A stretch of 63,787 nucleotides of DNA, counting the filler, from Lenisia limosa (Eukaryota > Protista > Breviatea), in NCBI GenBank assembly GCA_001655205.1. It is 11 parts of 11 records of this genome, joined end to end, with 100 filler letters (N's around TTAATTAATTAA, not from the genome) between each part and the next. Parts side by side here need not be neighbours in the genome. Positions count along the whole stretch, not along the records: positions 5,950 to 13,098 come from LPNZ01010216.1; positions 13,199 to 17,567 come from LPNZ01002780.1; positions 17,668 to 21,905 come from LPNZ01005673.1; positions 22,006 to 25,101 come from LPNZ01002110.1; 7 more parts are not named here. One strand, written 5' to 3'. Both the position numbers and the translations under genes were made by a program. This document shows, piece after piece, positions 10,101-22,502 of the stretch (positions within the stretch are counted from its first letter, which is position 1; every line of letters begins with the position of its first letter). The notes beneath the pieces are model-generated. The model was not told the origin of the DNA. It did not search any database and saw nothing but the letters and a program-made list of their open reading frames with translations.

Positions 10101-13080
10101 TCAACTTAAAATAGTATGTAAACACTCACAGTGACTTCGGCCGCAGCGACGAAAAGACGCCTTTATCAGTAGGAGTTTGGTTTCGAGGAAGGGAGGACGG
10201 TGGCATCAGAGGCGTGAGGCCTGATGGGATGGGGTGAAACTGGAAAATTGATGAAACAAAAAAAGCCCAAAATCAACTCTGTAAAGTGGCATGACGCCTA
10301 AAAGGGGGGTGATTAAAATTGGAAAATTTATTCAAAAAACCCAAATCAACTCTGCTGGCTAGCAACATACGATGGTTGAGAACACAAGAATTGAAGAAAA
10401 ACTTGGTCACTATATGCAATATAATAAAAAATATATTTAGCAATGAAATAAACAAACAAGGTTGTATGTCTGGCAAAATCCGTCCACACCATCATGCTTA
10501 AGAGATTGATAGTATCTCGCCGAAGCCGTCCACACCATCATGCTTAAGAGATTGAATTATAGTATCTCGCCGAAGCCGTCCACACCATCATGTTAAAGAT
10601 ATCTAACCAATCCCCCCTCCCCATACCCTGAGAAGGTTGTGGAGAGTGGGTTGAAATCTCGACAAGCTTGGCTTTTCGACTTTTTGACCGCCTTCTTCGC
10701 GCCACAGTCGGCTCTATTGTGACGGGCTCGAATGTGCCTGAGGGGGGGGGGGATATTATCTAGGGGTGAGAAGGAAGGGGCGGAGAGTTGGTTGCACAGG
10801 GAAGGACAGTGACCGAAAAGTGTTTTGTATGATTTCCATGGAATTGGTCAAGGCTTATNNNNNNNNNNNNNNNNNNNNNNNNNNNNNNNNNNNNNNNNNN
10901 NNNNNNNNNNNNNNNNNNNNNTGGGGGAAGGGGGGCAACACCATCACCACCACCACCATAATCATCTTCATTATCACCAATACCATTACCGCCATCACAC
11001 CATCACCATCATCACCATCATCACCATCAATCATCACCTTCATTATTATTATCACCATCAACATCATCATCGTCATCATCATCATTATTATTTTTATTAT
11101 TTTTATTATCATTACCATCATCATCCACCACCAACAACAACAATATTATCATCGTCATCATCATCAGCATTATCATCAATCATCATCTACCATCATTCAC
11201 CATCCATACCATAGGGTGGTGACATCATTGGAGTCTGAAGTGAGCTCGTGGGGGACTGATAAATTAGAAACTAATCAAAACAAAGTACTTATAAAAAACG
11301 ACACATTTCTTGTTGGTAAATGAGATATGTACTTAGCTATTTTCTGAAAAAAAAAAGGGGGGGGGGGGAGNNNNNNNNNNNNNNNNNNNNNNNNNNNNNN
11401 NNNNNNNNNNNNNNNNNNNNNNNNNNNNNNNNNNNNNNNNNNNNNNNNNNNNNNNNNNNNNNNNNNNNNNNNNNNNNNNNNNNNNNNNNNNNNNNNNNNN
11501 NNNNNNNNNNNNNNNNNNNNNNNNNNNNNNNNNNNNNNNNNNNNNNGGTAGAAAAAACAATAAAGAGTAAAAATGGGGGAAAAGTGGAATCTGAAAAAAA
11601 AAAACAATCAGAAAACAATGACGTCTCAAGATCCCTCACCTGATAGGGGGTATTCTTAGGATGACTGCGGGCGGATAACGGCATTTGGGATGATTGGGGA
11701 GTTTGGGGGAGGGCTGGGGAACTTTGGGAGTGTTGAGAGGAGAGAAATGGATCCTGGACGGAGCATTTTTGGGTATTCGAAGAATCACCATGGTCTTTGA
11801 TGGGTATTGTCGGGATCTTGGGTTGTGCGGCCTTCTCTTCGCTTGCTTCCTTCAACTCTTCTTTCTTTTTTTCTTCTTTCTTTTTCTCCTCTTTTTTCTT
11901 TTTCTCCTCTTCTTGTTTCTTCTCTTCTTCTTCTTTCTTCTGTTCCTCTTCTGTCTTCTTCTCCTCCTCTTTCTTCCTCTCCTCCTCTTTCTTCTTTTGC
12001 TTGTTTTCTCTCACCTCTTCTTCTTTCTTCTGGTTTTCTTCCTCTTTTTCCTTCTTCTTCAGTTCTACTTTCTTCTTCTCTTCTTTAATTCTGTATTTCT
12101 CTTCTTCCTTCCTCTTTATTTCTTCCTTCTTCTCTTCCTCAATTTTCTGTTTCTCTTCCTCGGCTTTCATTCGTTCTTCTTCGGTTCTCTTTTTCTCTTT
12201 CTTTTTCATCAACTCCAAATCATCTTTCACTTTCTTTTCCTCCTCCTTTCTCTTCTCTTCTGCTTTTGCCCTTCTCGACTCTTCTTCCTTCTGCAAAATC
12301 TCTTCTTGTTGCCTCCTTTCTTCTTCTTTCTTTTTCATTTCTTCCTCTGCTTTCTTCGAGTCTTCTTCTTGTTTCTTTCTTTCTTCTTCTTTCCTCTTCC
12401 TGTCTTCCTCTTCCTTCCTTTCTTCTTCCTTAATTTTTAGATCATCCTTTGCTACCGTCTTCTCTTCTTCAACCTTTTCTTCATTCTTAATCTCCACGAC
12501 ATCGTTCTTAACCACTTCACCTTCATCCCTACCGCCGGGAGCGTCCAAAAACATTTCAGCAGCTCCCGGGGTTTCAGGTGTCCCTGGGGTTTCGGGGGTA
12601 CTCGGTCCTTCATCCATTAAAAGAGTCGCCTTTTTCTTCCGACGCTTCCGAGGCTTGCCGTCTTTTCGGCATTTTTTCGGCCACAACGCAGAACATTCGG
12701 CTGACACGTCACCCCAGTTGCTGTCGGAACCGGAAGTTACTCCGAGGTCCGCAGCAGAAATAATCCGATCCGATAATTCTTCCGGGATCTGTGGGGAGGG
12801 TGAGATGGTATTTTAATTTGTGTGTGGTGTGGGGGTAAGGGAGTGGGGACAATCAATTTCTCAATGTTTTGGTGGAGTGAGGTGTAAAATTGGAAATCTA
12901 TTAACAAAAAAAACAACTCTGTTGGCTTATATTCTTTTAGTCATAATACACACACACACACACACACACACATTTCCCCCTTTATACAAGATCTACTCAC
13001 CCCTCCCCCCCACATTTCCTCCCTTAGTCAGGATCTGTCTGGCGCATAACACGGCCCGGGTGAGATGACCGGAACTGACG
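5960..13080 (-). CDS. Large multi-exon orphan protein (E/K-rich helix, pentapeptide repeats, predicted alpha-helical C-terminal part); partial
   Basis: Exons ~11641-12790 (456-aa ORF region), 10125-10215, 9890-9957, ~7880-9537 (556-aa ORF) and 7293-7606 with GT-AG boundaries. No family recognised. Confidence 0.7.
7101..7144. repeat. (AG)n microsatellite running into an N block
   Basis: Direct reading. Confidence 0.95.
9561..9751 (-). repeat. Intronic ~150-bp hairpin repeat family copy (other copies ~6064-6163, 7040-7100, 10233-10387, 19591-19676, 25406-25475, 26929-27019, 27120-27228, 30491-30578, 31664-31801, 32017-32116, 36280-36340)
   Basis: Shared consensus GTACGCTGGAGTGATGGGATGCGGTGCTACAGAAGCGACTGGCCTGGG...TTATCAACCCTCGTGTGTTGTCAGCCAACAGAGTTGATTT...TTTTCCAATTTTACCCCC, aligned by eye. 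Confidence 0.9.
10480..10603 (-). repeat. Tandem array of a 46-50 bp unit, member of a dispersed family
   Basis: CCGTCCACACCATCATG three times; related copies at ~1420-1480, 18262-18310, 24215-24290, 33985-34040. Confidence 0.9.
10935..11210. repeat. (CAT/CAC/TAT)n low-complexity trinucleotide tract, intronic
   Basis: Direct reading; produces spurious His-, Ile- or Met-rich ORFs. Confidence 0.9.
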
Positions 13081-13442
13081 AGGCTCGGAAGACTGTGGNN
13101 NNNNNNNNNNNNNNNNNNNNNNNNNNNNNNNNNNNNNNNNNNTTAATTAATTAANNNNNNNNNNNNNNNNNNNNNNNNNNNNNNNNNNNNNNNNNNNNGG
13201 GTCTTTCAAAGAAAAAAATCCAACAAAAAGGCAACCCGGGCCGCGGGCCAGAATTTTTAAAAAAGTGGACACTGAAATCTGTTGTGGATAAAGCCTGTAA
13301 AAGGGGCTTGATGAAATCAGATTTCAGTTCTGTTGTTTTAAAGTTGCCTTGTGGGGAGTCTCGAACTAGAAAATGAACTACGGCAATATTAATAGATACT
13401 GTATCATCTCACACCCCCTACTATTTAGTATTTTTTAGTCGA

Positions 13443-15237
13443 ATGTGAGGATAGACAACCCTATTGTAGCTGCCGTAGTAGAGAAAGACACTGGAATTCG
13501 CGTCGGCAAAACCGTAACTAAGCGAATCAAGAAGATGGTCAGCGTGAACAGTCACCTTGACTTCGACCGTAGAGCACAGTCTCAAGTAAGCAATAAGCAA
13601 TATTGCATGATAGGGTATCAGAAGGGTTAAAATGCTGCAAATGTGTCTTCTGCTGAATTTGACTTCTTTAGCCAGAGNNNNNNNNNNNNNNNNNNNNNNN
13701 NNNNNNNNNNNNNNAGGAGCTACTCAGGAGAAGGAACTACCCAAAGAAGGTTTGTAAATATATTTGTATGTATATTGCTACTGATTTGTGGTGAGAGCCC
13801 GTCTGATGTCTTTTAGAGAGAATTAAGAAGGCCCTTGACATACTATCTGCTCCTCTCCATGAACCATTTGAAAGCATAAGGGACGATATTTACCACAGAA
13901 TTGACCTTGAACTCAAAAACGAACTGAACAGAGTTACAGACGTTATCAAAGTTAACATCTCAAAGTCTGTGGTCCTTCTTAAGAAGATGCGAACATTATC
14001 TCTGGTCAACCACGATGTCACACCCAATGAAGAGGTAGACCCAAGTCGCATCCTTTTTGGAGACGAAATTGCGTTCATGGGCGCTTTCTTCGGAGAGATG
14101 CCTGGCTTCCCTCGATCTTCAGCTTTATGCCTTCTCGGTGGTATGGGCGATTTAGCAATGGCAACGTGCAACCTTGGCGGTGAAGACATCAGTTCAACCA
14201 GTGGGGAGAGGCCGGCAGTTCCTCTAGAGGAGTCAAAATGGCAGCGCCCTCAAGATTGCCTTAACTACTGGAAGGAAGAATTCTCTCTTGCGGACCAAGA
14301 CCTAAGAGCCCCGCCTCCGTCTCTAATTGTCCAAGAACAAGCTTTCAGGAAAATACGGCCTCTTTCATGCACCAGATCAGCCCACTTCAACACGGAAGGT
14401 TTTGTTAGATCGCTGCGCTATGTGTCCAACCTANNNNNNNNNNNNNNNNNNNNNNNNNNNNNNNNNNNNNNNNNNNNNNNNNNNNNNNNNNNNNNNNNNN
14501 NNNNNNNNNNNNNCTCCTTTGATGTATTTGGATTGGATGTCCATGTGGAGCCGTCCTCAACTTCCCCCATGCTTCAGGTAGATATTTGGCATCAATGAAA
14601 CGTTGTGGATATGAAGGAGATAAGTTTTGTCCAAGCAACATACCAATTGCTGTTTACAATGTAGGCACAGTTTTTCGATTTTCGGAGTACCCTGATCCAA
14701 GTAAAGACTACATCAGCCTTCTATACGAACAATACAACCTGGTTGCCCCTCCTGAATTGTTCAACCTGTGTCCTTGTTCACCCCCCAAAATTGCATTTAG
14801 GAAAAAGGCGTCAGCAGAAGAGATTGCTCAAATCAACGCCGATTTACAAATTGTCACAGATTTGACCACTCTCAAAGATGAAGTCACACTAGCACATCGA
14901 GCTGCTCAAACACTACCAACTGATTGTCCACCGGAAATCAGGGTTTTATCTGCAGCAGCCGCAGCCGCAGCTACTCATTCAGCCTTACCCCATCAGACCG
15001 TACAATCCATTGTTTACGCAACTGCTGCTGCGCTTTCCCTGCCTGAAGACTACGCCGTCACTGCAAGCACTCATGCCATCTCATCTGTTGACCTTGGGCC
15101 AATTTCGAATCCAGCACTCCCTGATGTCTCGTTTGTCCGACATCTACACGGAGAGAAGCTCTCCCTGAAGGTTGTGAAATTGTGCCCCTTGAAGAGATTA
15201 AGAATAAAACTGAAAGAAATCGCAAGGTCAGCACCAA
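13443..15237 (+). CDS. Spliced orphan gene, unknown function
   Basis: Exon ~13817-14399 (ERIKKALDILSAPLHEPFESIRDD...FNTEG) splices in frame over intron 14400-14577 to GRYLASMKRCGYEGDKFCPSNIP...CPCSPPK, open until the N block at 15238. Confidence 0.6.
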
Positions 15238-16209
15238 NNNNNNNNNNNNNNNNNNNNNNNNNNNNNNNNNNNNNNNNNNNNNNNNNNNNNNNNNNNNNNN
15301 NNNNNNNNNNNNNNNNNNNNNNNNNNNNNNNNNNNNNNNNNNNNNNNNNNNNNNNNNNNNNNNNNNNNNNNNNNNNNNNNNNNNNNNNNNNNNNNNNNNN
15401 NNNNNNNNNNNNNNNNNNNNNNNNNNNNNNNNNNNNNNNNNNNNNNNNNNNNNNNNNNNNNNNNNNNNNNNNNNNNNNNNNNNNNNNNNNNNNNNNNNNN
15501 NNNNNNNNNNNAGAATTGAAATATTCAAATTTCATGCTCAAGAATAATTCCTTTTTGTAAAAAACTGAATTACTATTTGATTTTGGATTTCCACCTGGGA
15601 TATACATATATCATATATGATATTTACAATATAGACAAAACATGAATCACGGGACAAAACTGTGAATCACTTGTTTTTGAAAAGCTATTTTGCTTGTTCT
15701 TGTTCTATTTCTGGTTTTAACATTCTTTTTTGGCAAAGCGTTCATTTTCACCTATTTTCAATTCAAAATATGTTCTCTCCCAGTCAGCACCACTTATATT
15801 TTGTGAATTTGAAAATGAATTGAATCCTAATTCAAAGATACATGAAAAGACAAGATTAAACAGAACAAAACACATCACTTCCTCAGCGCGCGAGTACGAA
15901 CTGGGGTCTTGCGCTTGGCTGGAGCTTTGGCACGGGTAACCAATATTAGAGTCACAAACGTTCCCGGTAAAACAGAGCTATACTTGTCACTTAAAAAAAA
16001 ACCAACCTTGGGTTTGTTCGTCGGGGTCTTTCTGGTAGTGCGCTGACGTACAGGCTTCTGAATACACTTGATTCAACACAAAGTTTGTAAAATCCAATAG
16101 TTCTCCCCATACTCACATTGGCTTCGTCCGTGGCGGGGACTGGGTTTTGGTCATCCGCTTCATATCCTCGAAATATCATTTATATGTCTAAACCGTTGCC
16201 TAAGACCCT

Positions 16210-17390
16210 ATGAGAATACATGGCAATGACTGTTATGAAGCTGATTTTGTAGCGCGGAGGTTTCCTGATTTGGCACCCCAAAAAGTGTATGGTATGACGG
16301 CCCTGGTGGCCAATGATGGTAGTGTGGCAGGTATGTGTACAATCTCACAGTAACCTTCAGGTCAATTAATAGCAATTTCTCAAATAAGAAATTTGAGGGA
16401 AATATTCGGAGACTCAATGGAAAGTGGTCGAGTTGGTGATGTAAGCCAAGAGAACAACAATAACAGAACTTACAACACTACAGTTGAATAAATTGTACAA
16501 TGCGGTAGGAGCAGAAAAAATTGCGTCAGTCAACTCTTCAGTCACAGGTAAACGGGAATTGTATTTTCTGATGGTTTGTTCTTATTCCAGTTCTCAGCTA
16601 TTTTATTTTTTTAGAAAAAGAAAACTCAGAAAGCTATTCAGATATTTATTGAGGTGCAAATACGGTAACAATTCAGATAACAACATGAAATTGATGCTAA
16701 GGTACCCGAAAGACCGCCAATTCAACCTTAAAAGTGCCCATCATCAGCAGCACCTGGAACTTCAAAGTAGTACCTTGAATTTGCTTGTGTTGTGAGGAAT
16801 TATAACATTGGCTTATTAATTTAGCTCTCGAAAGTCTCACCTATTCTGATACCAAAGCCCTGGAAGATTTGACAACGATTGCCGAAGCTGTTGTTTCTGC
16901 TTCCAGCAAAGAAATGCAACAGTTCCTCAGGTTGGTTAACATATGCAGTGATAATTCTATTGTTTTTCAAAAAAAGCTCATGTTCAAGATTTCACCTCCA
17001 ATTTCATGGTCTCATCACAACTATCCAAGAATCCCATAATGATTCACTTCGCTTTCACCGTAAGTGCTGGCAGCCATTTTTTCAACAAAACAAGATGTTT
17101 TTAAAAAGTTTAATGTTAGGTACAAGTATTCAAAACTATTTGCCCTTCAGTAGCTCGATTTTTCGAGAATGTCAATTAGGCAGCAAACCCTGTTTCTTTC
17201 GTCGCTAACCATTGTCTCAAAAAAAGGTTTGTATTTCATGTATTAGGAGGAAAGGGGGTTGTTGCACACTAATATCCCAGATCACCCCGCCAGAGCTGAT
17301 GATGAAAGGAAAGATGCCAATGGACTTGTTGGTCCCACTCAAAGACGTGCCTCTCAACATTACAAGTATATATGCTGCCGCACATAAATT
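16210..17390 (+). pseudogene. Exon-like fragments with stops or frameshifts, possibly a decayed transposase
   Basis: MRIHGNDCYEADFVARRFPDLAPQKVYGMTALVANDGSVAG|QLIAISQIRNL...|VLSYFIFLEKENSESYSDI* via short GT-AG introns; later frames broken. Confidence 0.35.
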
Positions 17391-18390
17391 GTGACGGTTA
17401 TGAAATAGGCCTGTTTTCATGGTTACTGGGCCATAACTTGGCTTAATATGCATGAATTTTATCCTAATAAACAGCAAATAACACATTGAAGTCATTTTCA
17501 AAAGTTATTTTTTAAAAAAATTCACGGATTTTTGAACTGAACTGAACTGAACTCTATTTGTCTATTTNNNNNNNNNNNNNNNNNNNNNNNNNNNNNNNNN
17601 NNNNNNNNNNNTTAATTAATTAANNNNNNNNNNNNNNNNNNNNNNNNNNNNNNNNNNNNNNNNNNNNGAAAGACTAAGGGCTTTCCTACAGTCCGAGACC
17701 GTTTAAGTAGCAATAGTTATTGAGAATTTTTTGAGAAATTGCGTTTTATTTGGGACAAAGCCTAGGTATGATCCGACCCCTCTTTTGGGTAATTATCTTG
17801 ATGGGGGTGGAGGCTATTATTGATAAAAATGAAAATTTCCCGAAAGCCAACCTTATTTAGATGACCTGATGCTATTTTGTACACAACTTACCTTATTTAT
17901 CTGGTACTAAAACTTACTTACCTTATTTAGATGACATCAGCGGCGGGNNNNNNNNNNNNNNNNNNNNNNNNNNNNNNNNNNNNNNNNNNNNNNNNNNNNN
18001 NNNNNNNNNNNNNNNNNNNNNNNNNNNNNNNNNNNNNNNNNNNNNNNNNNNNNNNNNNNNNNNNNNNNNNNNNNNNNNNNNNNNNNNNNNNNNNNNNNNN
18101 NNNNNNTGGACACAAGTGCTGTGGAAGGTTGGGGGGGGGGGTATTAATGGTAAGGTATTAAGGGTATTAAGGGTATTAAGTGTATACTGGGGAGGCACGC
18201 AAAAAGCTGTGTGCACAGAGTTGTAAGGGAAATGATTGGGTGAATTAATATTTTACTTTAATCCAATATCTCTTAGAAGCGTGATGGTGTGGACGGCTTC
18301 GGTCAGATACAACCTTATTTTTTATTTATCATTGCTACAGTATAGGTTGCAGGTTGATACGAACAATTGTTAACGATAATTTTACTCTTG

Positions 18391-21300
18391 CTCTTAGGAA
18401 AGCCTCGTATTGTGCACGTTGTGAGGGTTCCCAAGAAGGTCAGTCGAATTGAAGTTGCCGCAGCAGACAGCAATAACACTAAGGTTGGAGGGAATGAATG
18501 GGGGGGTTATCACAATAAGGTGGATGGATTGGTGGTAAGGGTTTGGGCCCCTTTTTATGCATTTGGGTCCCCTTTTATTCACTTGGGACCCTTTTTATTC
18601 ATTGACCTATATTATGGCTTGTATGATCACTAAGGCTAACCTATGGTCCCAAAAAAATTCTCGATAAACCCCNNNNNNNNNNNNNNNNNNNNNNNNNNNN
18701 NNNNNNNNNNNNNNNNNNNNNNNNNNNNNNNNNNNNNNNNNNNNNNNNNNNNNNNNNNNNNNNNNNNNNNNNNNNNNNNNNNNNNNNNNNNNCTAATACG
18801 GTAACACTTCGGTTCCAAAAAGCCGCGATAATATCGATAGTTTTCGAGGAGTTATCGAAACAACCAGCCTTTTTTTTTGAACCAAAGTGAAGTCGGTAAC
18901 ATTTCAGCGTTTGATCATTTCGACGGTTGAATCAGGGACGTACGTGCTTCTTCTCGAGTTTTTCTTGGTTGGAGGAGGGATAGTTGTTTGCTTTCTCAAC
19001 TTTTATAGCATATAGCTAGAGGGCTTCACTCCAGTCACAAAAAGACTGGCAAAATATCATTTGTTATCGGTTTTTGTTTTATGATTTAGGGCTCCGTGTA
19101 ATTAATTGAAAAAATAATTGCCATATTTAAAGTTGGACATACCGTCATGTCAACTCAATTTGAGACTCTTTAATTTCAAATTTTGTCAATTGATTTCTTC
19201 AAAATAATAATTGCACGGAGCCCTTGTTTTATCCCATGTGAATCCCTGCCATGGGGATTTTCTTAACCGCCGGATCTTTCTGGTCGTAGATTCAATAGAG
19301 ACTTTACTGTAAAAAAAGTTAATGCAACCTAGGACAAAAATGTCCACGTGACTGTTCTGGTACCCAAGAACAAAGCAGGTCTTTTTGTCCCCCAGAAACT
19401 TGCCATGTTCACTCCGGTATGCCAGAGCTGAATGCCCCCCCCCCTCCCCCATAGAATGTTCTTTTAAATTGCTCGCCAACAATTGAGGCTTTTTTTCTCT
19501 CATAAATTGTCCAATNNNNNNNNNNNNNNNNNNNNNNNNNNNNNNNNNNNNNNNNNNNNNNNNNNNNNNNNNNNNNNNNNNNNNNNNNNNTCTTTCGTTT
19601 TACTCAACTATCGTATGTTGTCAGCCAATAGAGTTGATTTGGGGTTTTGGTCTCATAAATTATTCCATTTACACCCTCCACTGAACAATTTGATATTTCA
19701 TTCTTCCAGACCCAGTCCCTCCGCTTACATCGTTCACACCCAGATACGGAATTCTGTGGGAAGGGGGGTTTTTGGTTAGAGATGGAGATGAGTAGGGCTT
19801 CACTTCGGTTTGAACAAGACTGAATTTCTTGATAATCCTCGTTACCGATATCATTCCGAACGAAAGTGAAGCCTTAGATATGAGAAGTATCTTTAACTGC
19901 ATATCAACCGTATATTAACCATAGTTTGTTGAGAGAAGCACCGAGCTTCACTTCGGTTCAAAAAAAGACTGATAAAATAACGAAACGACGATTTATCGAG
20001 AAATTCAGTCTTTTTTCGAACGAAAGTGAAGCCCAAGTGAAGCACTAACCCTAATCTCAGGCCTACATACTCCTGACGAAAAGCGGCTTGAGATTCTGGA
20101 TTGTCACCTCTCAAAATATCGCTTGCACATCTTCCAGCTTCCTGCCCCCTCCAGCACCCCTCCTCAGTCCCCTTATGGTATGCGATTAAGGCTTCCCTAC
20201 GGTCCCAAAAAAGACAGATTTTCTCAATAAATTCTCGATAAACATCGATTTTTTTTTGGTCTTATTTGGACCGCCCTATATGCGGGACAACGCAAAATAG
20301 TACGACCCCACACGATTATTTTTTGAAGAAATTATTCGAAAAAAAAAAAAAAAAANNNNNNNNNNNNNNNNNNNNNNNNNNNNNNNNNNNNNNNNNNNNN
20401 NNNNNNNNNNNNNNNNNNNNNNNNNNNNNNNNNNNNNNNNNNNNNNNNNNNNNNNNNNNNNNNNTGTACACAAAAAGACACTACTTTTGGAAAGATTTGC
20501 CACTGCTTCACTTCGGTTTGAAAAATACCGGTAAAATATCAAGAAATTCAGTCTTTTTTCGAACCGAAGTGAAGCCATATTTACTACCACCCACACCCCA
20601 CACTTCTAATTTTTCGAATTTTTAGTGTTTCGTGTAATTAAACAAGTCTCATGCCCTTCAGAGCAACCCTTACAAGCCTCCTATCACCACAACCATTCCA
20701 ATGCCAACCCAGGTCTGAACGCGTCAAGATTCCAGAGNNNNNNNNNNNNNNNNNNNNNNNNNNNNNNNNNNNNNNNNNNNNNNNNNNNNNNNNNNNNNNN
20801 NNNNNNNNNNNNNNNNNNNNNNNNNNNNNNNNNNNNNNNNNNNNNNNNNNNNNNNNNNNNNNNNNNNNNNNNNNNNNNNNNNNNNNNNNCAAATACTAAT
20901 ACTCAAGAAACATTCCCAATCACATCACTGCTTACTTTACCATCATATCACTTGATCATTTTCACCCGTGTGAACTGTCATCTTCCACGCAGTGATATGA
21001 TACCTCATATCTATTAGTATGACTGACCGACAACTCTCGTTCATAATTACGACTTGAAAGTCGTTCATATGATCATATCCCAAGTGGATATGGGTTAACA
21101 CACCACTTACTTAATTATATACTCTTCATCATCATATCATCTTCACCATCATACCATCTTCATCATTCCTCCAGAAACCCCCATTTCCTACTTCACAACT
21201 TCACAATCATATCATTAGTGGATATGAATTAACAGATCACCACTTTCATACTTCACAATCATAGCACTAACATCCCAGAAAGCCCTACAATCATACCCTC

Positions 21301-21870
21301 ATTTGTCACCGCCTCAAATCACCTGGTGTTTTCAGCTTCTCAATCAAGCACTGGTGGGGGAGGGGGGGTAAAATTGTTTCATTATATTATTACCATAGTC
21401 ATATAATACCATACCACCGTTATTTCATTTAAATTTATATTTTCTGCGTGACTTCTCTAATTTGTAATTATTAAAGCCTCCGAGTACTTCAGCCTTTTGA
21501 CTCTTTCAGCCATTTTCAGTCTTTCAGAAAATTTCAGAGTATTGCAGCCTTTTTTGGTACTCTTTCGGTCATTTTCACTGACGTTTCAGCCACTATCCGC
21601 CTGACGATTCTTTCGCAGCACCAGTGTGAAATGACCCGAGTTGAAGGTGCGTTACTAGTTAAGTTAACTTACTTGTTTTTTTTTTGTTTTTTATGTAAGG
21701 TTTTGGTCCGTAAAATGACTGAAGTGCTTTTCAATAAATATCGATATTTTGTCGGTATCTTTTTAACAGAAGGAATTCCTATTCTTATCCTATTTACCAC
21801 ATTCAGCCCCCAACAGTGACCAGTCAAAGTCCATTCTCCAGGTGATATCCCTTCCAGGACGAGAGGTTTG
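18391..21870 (+). CDS. Multi-exon hypothetical protein, partial
   Basis: Short GT-AG-bounded open segments (KPRIVHVVRVPKK, RLIISTVESGTYVLLL, DKNVHVTVLVPKNKA, GLHTPDEKRLEILDCHLSKY, DQSKSILQVISLPGRE); phase not fully resolved. Confidence 0.45.
19795..19874. mobile_element. ~80-90 bp MITE, TIR GGCTTCACTTCGGTT (copies 18806-18893, 19943-20034, 20504-20577, 22093-22180, 29556-29629, 33893-33979, 42092-42183, 48785-48864)
   Basis: GGCTTCACTTCGGTT...AACGAAAGTGAAGCC inverted termini, TA on both flanks in intact copies, shared internal core. Confidence 0.85.
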
Positions 21871-22502
21871 TCAGGTTTTTTTTTGAAATACACAGGGGGG
21901 GGGGGNNNNNNNNNNNNNNNNNNNNNNNNNNNNNNNNNNNNNNNNNNNNTTAATTAATTAANNNNNNNNNNNNNNNNNNNNNNNNNNNNNNNNNNNNNNN
22001 NNNNNAAAAACACTGGGATTACGTTGCCAGAACGACAACATTCAAACATCACGCTTTGCCTATGCTTAATAATTTTAATTAATATAATATCTAGAGCTTC
22101 ACTTCGGTTTGAAAAAAGACAGCATTTCTCGATAAATCCTCGAAAACTACCGCTATTTTAAGGTCTTTTTCGAACCCAAGAGGTGGCCGAGAGAAGTCTT
22201 CACGATGTGTTTTCCCACAGAAAGGTCAAGACTTATCCCGGTCACTATGAGAAATTCGGTCATTTTTTTGGAATAGAGTGAAACCCTAGCTGTAGTAAAT
22301 GTCATCTATTACGTTATGGATTATGTGAATGCCAAGGAAGATTCATATGAAATAACTTTAAGTTAGAGTTGAATTGCATTCCTTGAAAAGGAAATTTGGA
22401 CAAGAAACAATAAAACTGCAATTCAGTGGTACGAAACCTGTTCACAAGGCATTATATAACTGACCGAATGATTATTTTCGCTGTCCGTTTTAGATTGCCA
22501 AC

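Noticed and set aside
10480-10603. CRISPR-like look of short repeats (also 31008-31137, 33108-33240)
   Set aside because: Head-to-tail units with no unique spacers, no cas genes, eukaryotic introns.
10825-11214. His-rich ORF
   Set aside because: Translation of an intronic (CAT)n tract; open in several frames.
16105-16122. HUH-like motif PHTHIG suggesting a Rep or Helitron endonuclease
   Set aside because: Short frame bounded by stops; no catalytic Tyr motif or helicase nearby.
13620-17400. Alternative genetic code (TAA/TAG read as Gln) to explain in-frame stops
   Set aside because: TGA stops also interrupt these frames; conserved genes have no internal TAA/TAG and end on TAA (oligopeptidase B, RCC1) or TAG (DTD1).
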